Under the pieces are notes generated by a model that was given only the letters and a program-made list of their open reading frames with translations, was not told where the DNA came from and made no database searches. A stretch of DNA of 32,000 bases, from positions 2,580,001-2,612,000 of the forward strand of contig NC_006138.1 in the NCBI RefSeq assembly GCF_000025945.1, written 5' to 3'. The position numbers were made by a program, and so were the translations under genes. This DNA comes from Desulfotalea psychrophila LSv54 (lineage in GTDB: Bacteria > Desulfobacterota > Desulfobulbia > Desulfobulbales > Desulfocapsaceae). How positions within the stretch are numbered: the first letter of the stretch is position 1; each line of letters opens with the position of its first letter. Shown here piece after piece: positions 19,058 through 28,807 of the stretch.

Positions 19058-19837
19058 CTAGAACCTCCAGGAAAATCCAATTATCGGCCCAGACTGTGAA
19101 ACGTCATACAAAAAATCATCCTTTTGATAATCAACATCTAAATAGCGATATCCAATCGTGGTAGAAAAAGTTTCAGTCCAAGCATAGCCCAAATTGAGAG
19201 TTGCGTCCCACATAAAGTCTGATTCTACCCCAAAGCCACCAATTAGAAAATTTCCGATGAGAAAAAAATTCGAATCACCGAGCACGGTCAAACCTTTCAG
19301 ACCCAGAATGGGATCAACCCACTCTTCTCTATTACTAAAGCATTTCGGCCCATGCGTCCCTCCTGTAAGAGTAAGACCCGACTCAACAGACCAGTATCTT
19401 ATCCCTGCCAGCAGATCAAGAAACTCTTTATCAGCCTCAAAGAGACGATAAAAGGCAGCGGTTGAAACCATCCACGTTTTTGTTGTTGAACTAACTTGGG
19501 AAAAATAGGAACTAGATAACGGCTCCTCGGATTCAATATCTATATAGGAAATATCCAGCACGACCCCAACACGACCCTGACGAACCTCACCAACAAGCAT
19601 GAGGGCACCGTTAAGATTGTCTAAGACATCATCATAAAAATCAATATCAATATCCGCAGGCGGAAGCTCTGGCAAAGTCGCCACGGTTCCCCGTTGTCCT
19701 GCCAACCATGAATAGGGTGTTAAGTGAAAGATCCATTGATCTTTTTCTTCAGTTGCAGAGTAGGCAGGTAAGGAGAAACTTTGCAAAAAGCATAAACAAC
19801 AGAGTATTGATAGAAATAGTTGCCGCATTGAATTCAT
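19058..19837 (-). CDS. Putative outer-membrane beta-barrel protein
   Basis: Signal peptide MNSMRQLFLSILCCLCFLQSFSLPAYSA, alternating hydrophobic pattern, C-terminal GYRYLDVDYQKDDFLYDVSQSGPIIGFSWRF ending in an aromatic F. Likely start at 19837. Confidence 0.72.
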   Translation of the reverse strand: MNSMRQLFLSILCCLCFLQSFSLPAYSATEEKDQWIFHLTPYSWLAGQRGTVATLPELPPADIDIDFYDDVLDNLNGALMLVGEVRQGRVGVVLDISYIDIESEEPLSSSYFSQVSSTTKTWMVSTAAFYRLFEADKEFLDLLAGIRYWSVESGLTLTGGTHGPKCFSNREEWVDPILGLKGLTVLGDSNFFLIGNFLIGGFGVESDFMWDATLNLGYAWTETFSTTIGYRYLDVDYQKDDFLYDVSQSGPIIGFSWRF

Positions 19838-19935
19838 AATTGCCCCTTTGAAATATTTTCTATATGCCCAAAAGCCATGTCTCAAACTGAAAAAATCAAA
19901 TAATTAATATGCCAATACAACGGTTTACGCCTAGA

Positions 19936-20160
19936 CTATTTTGCTAACACAAAATTTGCCTGAAGACAAAAACGAAGTCCCTCAGGGCCCGCCTCTGGGG
20001 TAACCAGCAGTCTACCCCAGCTAACAAGTTTTGAGACGGCCACATTTATTGGCACTGACCAACTGTCCTATTTCCAGTTATAGTTAATTTGAATTGGCAG
20101 CGTAATGAGATCCGCTATAGGGTTCGATAATTCCTGGGCTAGATCGGCATCATTCATCTG
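19936..20160 (-). pseudogene. Collapsed outer-membrane/transporter-like gene: N-terminal and C-terminal pieces joined, with in-frame TAG at 20068
   Basis: Same frame reads QMNDADLAQELSNPIADLITLPIQINYNWK*DSWSVPINVAVSKLVSWGRLLVTPEAGPEGLRFCLQANFVLAK*; both ends match a known OMP pattern (NP.a.LI.vP.q.N / WtvPv...GPeg.lRFq) but the barrel middle is missing. Confidence 0.65.
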
Positions 20161-20516
20161 CCCCTTTCTTATTCTGATAGATTTGCATGCTTGACATTTA
20201 TGGCCACCACTTTCCATACCAAAGATAACAATATCAAACATATGCATTGTTTCAAAAAACATTTTTCTTTTCAAACTATTGGTGAGTGAAGATAGACCCT
20301 CGAAGATTTGTGATGGACAAAGGAAAAGCAGAACGACGACTAAGGAATTGTTGTGGCAGGATGACAGACAAATGCTGAAATTTACGGTAGATGTATCATG
20401 GCTATCTAAGGCGTGCGAAGTGCTGAGATCCTTGAAAACCCTGGGGGAGATAAAGACAGTCGAAATGTGAGCCACAGGATCATATTAGCCAAGCCCCTTG
20501 CCACTTTAAAGTGCAC

Positions 20517-20732
20517 CTAGCCCTTGCCCTTAAATCTGGCCTTTATATGCTGCCAGGCCTCTTTACCCAAGAGGGCAATACCAGAAAAGAATGCAACTTC
20601 GGCAGAAATTATCAAAACAGTTGTAGACTCAGCCATATGGACTGTGCTTATCTCTAAAAAGGGCAGGAGTAAAATGACAGCCCATAACAAAAAAGAGAGC
20701 ATAATAAATGTATATCCTATAATTTTCTTCAT
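20517..20732 (-). CDS. Small two-TM membrane protein (transporter suffix-domain-like)
   Basis: 71 aa MKKIIGYTFIMLSFLLWAVILLLPFLEISTVHMAESTTVLIISAEVAFFSGIALLGKEAWQHIKARFKGKG. Confidence 0.7.
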   Translation of the reverse strand: MKKIIGYTFIMLSFLLWAVILLLPFLEISTVHMAESTTVLIISAEVAFFSGIALLGKEAWQHIKARFKGKG

Positions 20733-20871
20733 TCCCCCCCATCATTTTTATAAAAATTGAAGTTTGCAAGCAGCACATATTACCAACAAAGACAAGATTA
20801 CTGCTTGCAAAGAGATGAGACAGGTTTAAATAGGATGCCTATGCCTCCACCTAAAGCCAGATGACTATACC

Positions 20872-21253
20872 CTATCCCTGACTGGGGGCAAAATAGGTAC
20901 ATCCCTGATTGTCTGTCTCCATGACCCGGACAGAGTAAAGAGAGTATCTCTTATGCTCCAGAACCGGGGCAAGGATATCAAAGATAAAGATGGCAATATG
21001 CTCCGAAGAGGGGTTCTTCTCTTTAAAGTAGGGCAAATTATTGAGATCCCTATGGTCAAGGAGCTCTATTACCTCTTTGGTCTTTTTTTTCAAAACGGTA
21101 AAGTCAAGTCCCATTCCACATTCGTCAAGCCCCCGTTGCCCGGGCCGTAACCTTTACCTTCCAGTTGTGTCCATGGGGATGTTCACAGTCTCCGGGATAA
21201 TCACGTAGATGATGAGCTCCTGAAAAGTGGGTCTTTATAAAAATTTCAAACAT
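20872..21253 (-). pseudogene. queD: 6-carboxytetrahydropterin synthase-like gene (QueD/PTPS family) interrupted by a single frameshift
   Basis: Frame 1 from ATG 21253: MFEIFIKTHFSGAHHLRDYPGDCEHPHGHNWKVKVTARATGA*; shifted frame continues LDECGMGLDFTVLKKKTKEVIELLDHRDLNNLPYFKEKNPSSEHIAIFIFDIL...YSVRVMETDNQGCTYF. Shift lies in a 5-base G (C on + strand) run at 21130-21134. Confidence 0.82.
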
Positions 21254-21514
21254 TGTATAAACCTCGTAGGCTCCGTACATAGTCGGAGCTCTTTACCTGC
21301 AGGGCACCTTGAAAAAGCCATCTCTTCAAATTTCAGCCTAATAAAAAATTTATCCTCGAAATATTAAACATATGTCTGTGGTAAATCTTTTATTCTGCCT
21401 AGATCTTTATTGAAATGCCCCATTCAAACTACCCTGTAATAAATAAAAAATAGCCAAATAGCTCTGCTCGATACTTTCATCATAGCAGAAGTTAAACAAA
21501 ATGAGAACGATGAG

Positions 21515-22312
21515 ATGAACAGAAGTGGACAAAGAGATAAGAGAGAGGAGAGCCCAGAAGAATTCAGCCACGACACTCTCTTTAGCGGCGAACTCTCCTG
21601 CAGACAACATAGAGAGGGCTATCGTTTTTCTCTTGATGCGGTACTTGCGGCCCATTTTCTTCCCCCCCGTAAACAGGCCCGCATCATTGATCTTGGCTCA
21701 GGCAGTGGCATTATTGCCCTAATCATGGCCTATAGGTGGAGGAATTTGGGGGTGCACATTACCGGTTTTGAGAGACAGCAGAGCCTTATCAGCCTGGCTA
21801 AGGGTAATATTGAGTTGAATGGTTACGATGAAATCTGTACCATCAAAGAGGGAGATGTTCGCCATATCCTGCAACACCTCCCCCCAGAATCCTTTGAGCA
21901 GCTGGTGTCCAATCCACCCTTTTTCCCCCTTGGCTCAGGACGGCCAAGCCAAAACAGAGAGGCTTATCAGGCCAGGCACCAGGTTGCCGGGGGCATTGAG
22001 GATTTTTTATATGCAGCCTCAAAGGTATTGGCCAATAAAGGCCATGCCGTTTTTATCTATCCGGCAAATGGCCTCACCGATTTTTTGCTTGCGGCCAGAA
22101 AAAACAGATTAGAGCCTAAGCGAATTCAGTATATTTATGACTACCCGGAGGGAGAATCCGAGGCCCGCCTCTTTTTAATCCACTGTCAAAAAAATGGGGG
22201 TGCAGGTCTTAAAACAGAACGGCCCTTTTATGTTTACGAGAAGAAGAACGGTGCATACCATGAGTCGATGCAAAGACTCTATGAACCCTCTTCTCAGGAG
22301 GCTTCCTTTTAA
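21515..22312 (+). CDS. trmN6: tRNA1(Val) (adenine(37)-N6)-methyltransferase family (TrmN6/YfiC-like)
   Basis: FSLDAVLAAHFLPPRKQARIIDLGSGSGIIALIMAYR...VSNPPFFPLGSGRPSQNREAYQARHQ: SAM-binding motif and NPPF catalytic motif. Confidence 0.88.
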   Translation: MNRSGQRDKREESPEEFSHDTLFSGELSCRQHREGYRFSLDAVLAAHFLPPRKQARIIDLGSGSGIIALIMAYRWRNLGVHITGFERQQSLISLAKGNIELNGYDEICTIKEGDVRHILQHLPPESFEQLVSNPPFFPLGSGRPSQNREAYQARHQVAGGIEDFLYAASKVLANKGHAVFIYPANGLTDFLLAARKNRLEPKRIQYIYDYPEGESEARLFLIHCQKNGGAGLKTERPFYVYEKKNGAYHESMQRLYEPSSQEASF

Positions 22313-22327
22313 ATTCTTATCAGGCAG

Positions 22328-23842
22328 GTGACTTCGATGCATGCAAAGGTTTTAAGCTGTGCAGTAGTGGGAATTGATGGCCTTCCCATCGAAGTAGAGG
22401 TTGATATAGCCAAAGGAATACCGCAATTCTTCATTGTTGGCCTGCCCGACAACGCCGTCCGGGAAAGCCGTGACCGGGTAAAGCCAGCCATTAAGAACTG
22501 TGGTTATTACTTTCCTAATCGAAGAATTACGGTCAATCTTGCTCCAGCTTCGGTAAAAAAAGAGGGCGCCGGTTTTGATTTGGCCATTGCCATTGCCATT
22601 TTAATGGCCACGGATCTTATCTCTGTATCTGTTGCAGAGACCTGTGTTGTGGGAGAGTTGGCTCTTGATGGTAAGGTTCGCCCAGTCCGGGGGTGCCTGC
22701 CTCTAATCCTGGGCGCCGCCGCCTCCGGCTGTAAGAAGATTTTTATCCCTTTCGAAAACAGGGAAGAGGCGGGCATTGCCGCGGGAAAGATAGAGATCCT
22801 GCCAGTGAGTTCCCTGCCCGAGGTCGTTGAGAATCTGCTAGGGGTGAGACCGATTCAGGCCCTAAGGGCAAAAGACTATAGGGAAGGTACGCATCTGCCC
22901 CGCTATCATTTTGATTTTAGTGAAATACGAGGGCAGCTCCATGCCCGGCGGGCCCTGGAAATTGCAGCCAGCGGTAGCCATAATGTTCTGATGAAGGGTC
23001 CTCCGGGCTCCGGCAAGACCATGCTTGCCAGGCGACTTGCAACCATCTTGCCACCCATGAGTTTTGCTGAAATTGTTGAAACCACCAAAATTTTCAGCGT
23101 TGTCGATGTAAAAGGCGAGGGCCTCGGTATTCGCCCCTTTCGTGCCCCTCACCACACCATCTCCGATGCGGGCCTCATTGGCGGTGGAAATATTCCTCGC
23201 CCCGGTGAGGTCTCTCTTGCCCATAACGGGGTTCTCTTTCTCGATGAACTTCCTGAATTCAAAAGAAATGTCCTGGAGGCGCTTCGTCAACCGGTGGAAG
23301 ACGGCGAAGTGACCATCTCCCGAGCCCAGATATCTCTCTCATTTCCTGCAAATTTCATGCTTGTCTGTGCCCTCAATCCCTGTAGCTGTGGCTTTTATGG
23401 AGATCCTCACCATGAGTGCAACTGCACGCCACAACAAATTCAGCGTTACATGGGCCGTGTTTCAGGTCCCCTACTTGACAGAATAGATATCCACATCGAG
23501 GTACCGGCCCTGAACTATCAGGAGATGAGTTCCGCCCAGCAGGGTGAGTCCTCGGCACCGATTGCTCAGCGGGTGGCAAGATGCCGCAGGCTTCAGCAGG
23601 CGCGTTTTGCCCACCTGGACCATATCCATAGCAACAGTCAGATGGGTGGCAAAGAGATAGAAGAATTTTGCCAAATTGACCGCGACTCATCCCTGCTTCT
23701 GGAGAGGAGTGTGAAAAAGCTCGGCCTCTCAGCCCGGGCCTATCATCGCATCTTAAAGATTGCCCGCACCATTGCCGATATGGAGCTTGCCCCCTCCATA
23801 GAGAGGCCACATATTGCCGAGGCCGTGCAGTTCCGGCGTTAA
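22328..23842 (+). CDS. comM: YifB family Mg chelatase-like AAA ATPase (ComM)
   Basis: VLSCAVVGIDGLPIEVEVDIAKGIPQFFIVGLPDNAVRESRDRVKPAIKNCGY; Walker A GPPGSGKT, FLDELPEF, CALNPCSCGFYGDP. Confidence 0.96.
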   Translation: MTSMHAKVLSCAVVGIDGLPIEVEVDIAKGIPQFFIVGLPDNAVRESRDRVKPAIKNCGYYFPNRRITVNLAPASVKKEGAGFDLAIAIAILMATDLISVSVAETCVVGELALDGKVRPVRGCLPLILGAAASGCKKIFIPFENREEAGIAAGKIEILPVSSLPEVVENLLGVRPIQALRAKDYREGTHLPRYHFDFSEIRGQLHARRALEIAASGSHNVLMKGPPGSGKTMLARRLATILPPMSFAEIVETTKIFSVVDVKGEGLGIRPFRAPHHTISDAGLIGGGNIPRPGEVSLAHNGVLFLDELPEFKRNVLEALRQPVEDGEVTISRAQISLSFPANFMLVCALNPCSCGFYGDPHHECNCTPQQIQRYMGRVSGPLLDRIDIHIEVPALNYQEMSSAQQGESSAPIAQRVARCRRLQQARFAHLDHIHSNSQMGGKEIEEFCQIDRDSSLLLERSVKKLGLSARAYHRILKIARTIADMELAPSIERPHIAEAVQFRR

Positions 23843-24139
23843 GGGAGAAGAAGAGACAGAGCAGGCCATCTCCACCGGCTTACTCAATCGCTACCGCCCT
23901 CTCCCATCTTTTGCTACTTGAGTTACAGAGTTGTTTTCCAAACAGTTAAGCTAAGGCTCTCTTTCTCCGTCTCCTCCTATCCACCCTGTAAAAACAGGGA
24001 ATAGCCCAGACAGAGATAGCCTTTACCGGCTGTTTTTGCTATGTATACAGCTCGTATCAGATATTATATTATCGAGGACTTAGTGGTGATTGAGTCTTGA
24101 ATCGCCATAAAACCTTAAATTTTTCAAAGAGAGATTTTT

Positions 24140-24526
24140 ATGCAAACAATGGTTAAGGAATTAAAATTACTTCTTCCCTTTAAAGAGACAACAGAAGTTG
24201 GTGATATTATCCTTATTGTAGCCAAGGAGCCACAGATCCTGCAGTATGCGGTGGTAACGGGTATAGACCGGGATGATAGCCGTAAGGATGAGTGGTGGCA
24301 TGTTCATTTCTCCTTTCTTTCCATCCCCCTGCAAAAGGCCAGTTGGACATTACGCACAGACCAGATGACGGGACAAGAGATCTTTACCATGGGAGGCGAA
24401 GAGAGATTTGTTCAAGCGGTTGACGTCCATGAACCGGAACAGTCCACAAAACTTAACGGCTCCTCCCAAGGTGGAAGCGAAAAAAAACCTGCCCCCAAGA
24501 AGGGCGGCTTGAGACGGATAAAATAA
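24140..24526 (+). CDS. Conserved-looking hypothetical protein upstream of thiL
   Basis: 128 aa, codon structure and spacing (stop 1 nt before thiL ATG) support a real gene; no recognised domain. Confidence 0.75.
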   Translation: MQTMVKELKLLLPFKETTEVGDIILIVAKEPQILQYAVVTGIDRDDSRKDEWWHVHFSFLSIPLQKASWTLRTDQMTGQEIFTMGGEERFVQAVDVHEPEQSTKLNGSSQGGSEKKPAPKKGGLRRIK

Positions 24527-24527
24527 T

Positions 24528-25514
24528 ATGCGAGAGCTTGATATCATCGGCAAGATACAACAGCATCTTACCGCCTATAATGAAAAAGTTATCTGTGGCA
24601 TCGGTGATGATTGTGCCGTTTTTTCAGGAGATAATGGCCGCCCCTGGCTAATCACCACCGACACCTTGGTGGAGGGGCATCACTTTGATTTAAGCTGGCA
24701 TCCAGCCTATGAGTTGGGCTGTAAGGCAATGGCTGTTAATATAAGTGATATTGCTGCCATGGGTGGCCTGCCTGTGCATGCCACCATCTCTCTTACCTTT
24801 ACCAAAGACACAGAAGAGGCTTGGCTGGATGAATTCATCAGAGGTCTTGCCTATATGCACCACAGATACAATATCAACCTGATAGGCGGGGATACGGTGG
24901 CCGGGGAACGTCTAAGTATTACCGTTACCCTGCTTGGACAAGCCCACAAAGAGCCTGTTTATCGACATGGAGCCATGCCGGGTGATATTATCTATGTTGG
25001 TGGCCCACTAGGATCAGCTGCCGCCGGACTTTTTCTCTTTCAAAATCACCGGGATGAAATCGAGACGCTTAAGGATGAGTATGCCTCTCTCTTGCGTCAT
25101 CACCTTGCCCCCATGCCTCAGGTAGAACTTGGCAGGGCCCTGGCCGACAGTGACTACATAGGGGCCATGCAGGATATTTCCGATGGACTTGCCACGGATC
25201 TCGCCCATATAGCCAAAAAAAGCGCGGTACAGGCCGTGGTCTTTGAGGATAAGATTCCGGTTCTACCAGAGTTTACAAGGCTCTGCAAAAGGTACCAACT
25301 TACAGCAACAGAGTTGGCTCTAGGGGGAGGAGATGATTATTTACTTCTCTTTACCGTACGAGCAGGAAGGGAAAAAGAAGTTGAGCGACTGGCAAGATCG
25401 GTACAGGCAATGGCTTATCCCATTGGCCTTATCACTGAAGGCAGCGGGGTTATGCTTAAGGGCCCAACGGGAAATTTGACTGATATAAGCTTTAGAGGAT
25501 TCGAGCATGAGTAA
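24528..25514 (+). CDS. thiL: Thiamine-monophosphate kinase ThiL
   Basis: GIGDDCAVF, TTDTLVEGHHFDLSWHPAYELGCKAMAVNISDIAAMGGLP, NLIGGDTV, ISDGLATDLAHIAKKS motifs. Confidence 0.96.
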   Translation: MRELDIIGKIQQHLTAYNEKVICGIGDDCAVFSGDNGRPWLITTDTLVEGHHFDLSWHPAYELGCKAMAVNISDIAAMGGLPVHATISLTFTKDTEEAWLDEFIRGLAYMHHRYNINLIGGDTVAGERLSITVTLLGQAHKEPVYRHGAMPGDIIYVGGPLGSAAAGLFLFQNHRDEIETLKDEYASLLRHHLAPMPQVELGRALADSDYIGAMQDISDGLATDLAHIAKKSAVQAVVFEDKIPVLPEFTRLCKRYQLTATELALGGGDDYLLLFTVRAGREKEVERLARSVQAMAYPIGLITEGSGVMLKGPTGNLTDISFRGFEHE

Positions 25515-25540
25515 GCCTGTTCTGGCTTACCCATACCTCT

Positions 25541-26038
25541 TTATACGTATTCTGTAGCCACGAAATTGATTAACAGGCTCTCTCTGTCAGGGGTAAGTTG
25601 CCGACACTTCACCCCTGACATATTAAACATCTTTTTTGATGCCCGAACCTGATCGGTATCCTTATATTTATCAGAGAGATAGATAACCTCTTTAATCCCA
25701 GACTGAATAATAACCTTGGTACACTCGTTGCAGGGAAAAAGGGCAACATAGATCTTGCAGTCCATCAGATCCCTTGAGCTTGAGTTTAACACGGCGTTCA
25801 GCTCTGCGTGGCAGACATAGGGGTATTTGGTTTCAAGAAAATCCCCCTCACGACCCCAAGGAAGATCATCGTCATCGCAACCCAGCGGAAAGCCGTTATA
25901 GCCAACCCCGACAATCTTATTTGCCTTATTGGCAATACAGGCACCCACCTGGGTAGATGGATCCTTGCTCCGTTGAGCAGAGAGAATCGCTACCGCCATA
26001 AAGTACTCATCCCAAGAGAGATAACCTTTTCTTTTCAT
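25541..26038 (-). CDS. dCMP deaminase / ComE operon protein 2-like zinc deaminase
   Basis: [12 protein letters not shown]...[11 protein letters not shown]...[27 protein letters not shown]: HAE and PCxxC zinc motifs. Confidence 0.94.
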   Translation of the reverse strand: MKRKGYLSWDEYFMAVAILSAQRSKDPSTQVGACIANKANKIVGVGYNGFPLGCDDDDLPWGREGDFLETKYPYVCHAELNAVLNSSSRDLMDCKIYVALFPCNECTKVIIQSGIKEVIYLSDKYKDTDQVRASKKMFNMSGVKCRQLTPDRESLLINFVATEYV

Positions 26039-26871
26039 TTTACCTCAGCTCTCTTTTTAAATTCTTTTCTCAGTCTACGCCAATTATTGATCCCCAACAG
26101 GGTATCGGTGAATGTTCTTATTGTCTCAAAGTAGAGCTTTCCACCCACTTCAATCATGGTGTTATGCTCAGCACCGGGAATAACATGAAATTGCTTACCT
26201 CGGGCCCCGCAAAATGACTGAAGATTTTCTGCCTCAGCCGCAGGAATAAGAGTGTCCCGAGAACCGTGAAAAATCATGGTAGGTCGCTTTACATCTACAA
26301 TTTTCTGACAATTTCTAAAACAATCCTCTTCGGTCAATCCACTTGCCTCAACATCAATACCCAGATTTATAGCAAGGGGCAGGGTATTGGCAAAGCCACT
26401 TTCAATGATAAGGGCCTTTATTACTGCATCGCGTTCCTTGGCAACCTCAATAGCAGGAGCAGAGCCAAGGGAACGACCCATGACGATAATGGGTGCTGTG
26501 TAACCATTTTCCTTAAGCCACAGGCTTGCCTTGTCATAGAGGAGAACGGCATCGGCAAACATATTTGTTACCGTTGGCTCACCGTCACTCCAGCCATAAC
26601 CACGGTAGCTGGTCATAAAGAGGTTAAGACCATGCGAGGTATAGACCTGAGCTATTTCATCATAGTAGGAAACGGACTCTGCATTACCATGGAAGAAAAA
26701 GATATTAGGCGCATCAAGGGCGGCTGCATAAAATCGGCAACTGATATTTATGCCAGCCTCTACTTCGATGTCAACATCGGTGGCGTTGAGTGGCGGGGTG
26801 TTTCGTGCCTCGCGAACGGGATGGAATATATGGGACAGGGCCTCTGGTTGATCAAGTTTGCTATATGTCAT
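26035..26871 (-). CDS. Alpha/beta hydrolase
   Basis: [32 protein letters not shown] (nucleophile elbow), [13 protein letters not shown]; overlaps the deaminase start by 4 nt. Confidence 0.93.
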   Translation of the reverse strand: MTYSKLDQPEALSHIFHPVREARNTPPLNATDVDIEVEAGINISCRFYAAALDAPNIFFFHGNAESVSYYDEIAQVYTSHGLNLFMTSYRGYGWSDGEPTVTNMFADAVLLYDKASLWLKENGYTAPIIVMGRSLGSAPAIEVAKERDAVIKALIIESGFANTLPLAINLGIDVEASGLTEEDCFRNCQKIVDVKRPTMIFHGSRDTLIPAAEAENLQSFCGARGKQFHVIPGAEHNTMIEVGGKLYFETIRTFTDTLLGINNWRRLRKEFKKRAEVK

Positions 26872-26951
26872 AGTTGCTCTTTCTCTTTTATAAATAATAA
26901 AAAATAATCTGCCAAACTTTAGCTTATGGGTTCACGAGGCACAAGATAACA

Positions 26952-27662
26952 CTAATCTTGCTTGGAGTCATCCGCTTCAAGCACCTTTGACCAATAGGTA
27001 GCAAGCTCTGCAGGTTCTGGCTTAGGCTGTTTGGCAATCATCTTAAAGGTTTTGCCCATGATCTTCTGCAGAAGATCGTCAAAATCTTTAAGAAGAGCTT
27101 TTTGCTGATCAGCCTTTGCCGCCCGGATTGTGTTCTGCAGTTGCAGGAGTTTGTCGTGGTCTTTTTTTGCACAGTGCTCAGCAAAAATTTCTTCAAAGAT
27201 TGCATTACGAAGGGCAGGCAGGGATCCACTGAAGTCCTGAGTAAACTCACGGAGGTTCTTATTCATCCTCTTCAGCTCACCCTCTTCAATCACACACTCT
27301 TCACCATAAACTTCACCGTAGGAGGTGGCCATTTTTTTAACGGCCTCCTGAATGAGAAACCAGTTTACCGTAGAACCGTGCAGAGCGCTCAAGATGACAA
27401 GGCTGGCGCCAATGGCAACGGGATGGGCAGGGCTCAGGCTCCCCGGGGTGACGGCCTGTTCACTTTCAAGTTGTATCTCATAGATTGAGCGAAACATATG
27501 TCCATAGCGATAGGCAAAAGCAGCATACTCCATTACTATCTTGTACTGTGATCGTCGAATGGTGCCGGCCCAATCTTCACAGGGAAGTAGTGAGGCATCT
27601 TCTTGGCGAAAGCTACCGCAGTGCGGACAGGGCCATTTGCTATAATCAGTATTGGCTGGCAT
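26952..27662 (-). CDS. Hypothetical protein with N-terminal CPxC zinc-ribbon-like motif
   Basis: Likely start MPANTDYSKWPCPHCGSFR at 27662; the track's upstream extension reads through the tRNA-His terminator and is unlikely to be coding. Confidence 0.7.
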   Translation of the reverse strand: MPANTDYSKWPCPHCGSFRQEDASLLPCEDWAGTIRRSQYKIVMEYAAFAYRYGHMFRSIYEIQLESEQAVTPGSLSPAHPVAIGASLVILSALHGSTVNWFLIQEAVKKMATSYGEVYGEECVIEEGELKRMNKNLREFTQDFSGSLPALRNAIFEEIFAEHCAKKDHDKLLQLQNTIRAAKADQQKALLKDFDDLLQKIMGKTFKMIAKQPKPEPAELATYWSKVLEADDSKQD

Positions 27663-27707
27663 AGGATTTCCTTTAGAGAAGAACGGAGATTTTGGGGATA
27701 AAAGGCA

Positions 27708-27748
27708 AAAAAAAAGGGTTCCAACTTTTTTCAAAGTTGGAACCCTTT
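27708..27748 (-). terminator. Rho-independent terminator downstream of tRNA-His
   Basis: Reverse strand reads AAAGGGTTCCAACTTTGAAAAAAGTTGGAACCCTTTTTTTTT: perfect stem followed by a U-run. Confidence 0.93.
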
Positions 27749-27755
27749 ATATAAA

Positions 27756-27833
27756 TGGGGTGAGCGAGGGGACTCGAACCCCCGACTTCCTGGGTCACAA
27801 CCAGGTGCTCTAACCAATTGAGCCACGCCCACC
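27756..27833 (-). tRNA. tRNA-His (anticodon GUG)
   Basis: Reverse strand GGTGGGCGTGGCTCAATTGGTTAGAGCACCTGGTTGTGACCCAGGAAGTCGGGGGTTCGAGTCCCCTCGCTCACCCCA folds as cloverleaf with anticodon loop TTGTGAC, G-1:C73 pair and encoded CCA. Confidence 0.96.
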
Positions 27834-28005
27834 GCTTATTTTTTATTACGCGTTGTTCGCTGTTGCGAAGTGCGAGTCCTTTATACCTGTTTTAAAATTC
27901 TTTTGCAAGGGGTAAATGATACTTTTTTCTTTTTTTGTTCCTCTTTTTTCCATCGTACTTCTTGTGAAAAGAGTTATTTACCCGTTCTTGCGCAGAGAAC
28001 AATCT

Positions 28006-28659
28006 CTAGGAGAATTCGTGACCACAGTGCATACATTTCTTAGCCTGCGCTTTTATTATCTCAGAGCACTCCGGACATTCCTTTTTAAAGTTTGCCTGAA
28101 GGATTCTACTGATAATTAAATTGGACTTTTGCTCAAAGGAAGGATCACGGAAGGTATGATTACGAATGGGATCAACGCAGGCAACGTCATTGAGCTGGGC
28201 AAGCTTGACCAGCGACGTCTCACGACTCTCGCGTTTGGCCGATTCATCGAGAAGAAGGGTGAGGACAGCCTGCAGGTTATTATCCTCGATACAGGTCTCA
28301 AGGGCGACCGTGGCCTTTTTTTCTGCCTGATACCTGCTGTTCTGGCCTATGATGGCATCTTTATCAACAATACTTCCCTTAAAGGCATCCTTATTGCCCA
28401 CCATCATCACATTACTCTCTGTACTGCCCGGAAGCTCCATATATCTATAGGAGGCATGGCGGCCATACTTCGTTTCAATATGATGCCAACCCTTAAGAAA
28501 AAGAGGGCAGTAATCATTCAAACAAATAAACAGTACCTCAGAGCCCCAACCCAAACCATCACCTACATGCACTTGGGGCGCCTCGCAGGCAATCATTTCT
28601 GCTTTACAGTGAGGGCATATTTTTACTTCATCAAAAACGCTTAATTCTGGGCATCCCAT
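28006..28659 (-). CDS. Hypothetical protein with two zinc-ribbon-type cysteine pairs
   Basis: N-terminal ICPHCKAEMIAC and C-terminal CPECSEIIKAQAKKCMHCGHEF; likely start MGCPELSVF at 28659. Confidence 0.72.
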   Translation of the reverse strand: MGCPELSVFDEVKICPHCKAEMIACEAPQVHVGDGLGWGSEVLFICLNDYCPLFLKGWHHIETKYGRHASYRYMELPGSTESNVMMVGNKDAFKGSIVDKDAIIGQNSRYQAEKKATVALETCIEDNNLQAVLTLLLDESAKRESRETSLVKLAQLNDVACVDPIRNHTFRDPSFEQKSNLIISRILQANFKKECPECSEIIKAQAKKCMHCGHEFS

Positions 28660-28807
28660 AATAATGTTACTCCTCTGATAAAATATAAATTTAAACCTGC
28701 CCGCTCTGAGCCAGAGGGACAAGTTCTAATGTGTATACTGTCTCTGCTCTTCACCTTCCTTCTAATAAAACTATTTTCTCAGAACAAAATCAGACAATGA
28801 GATCATC

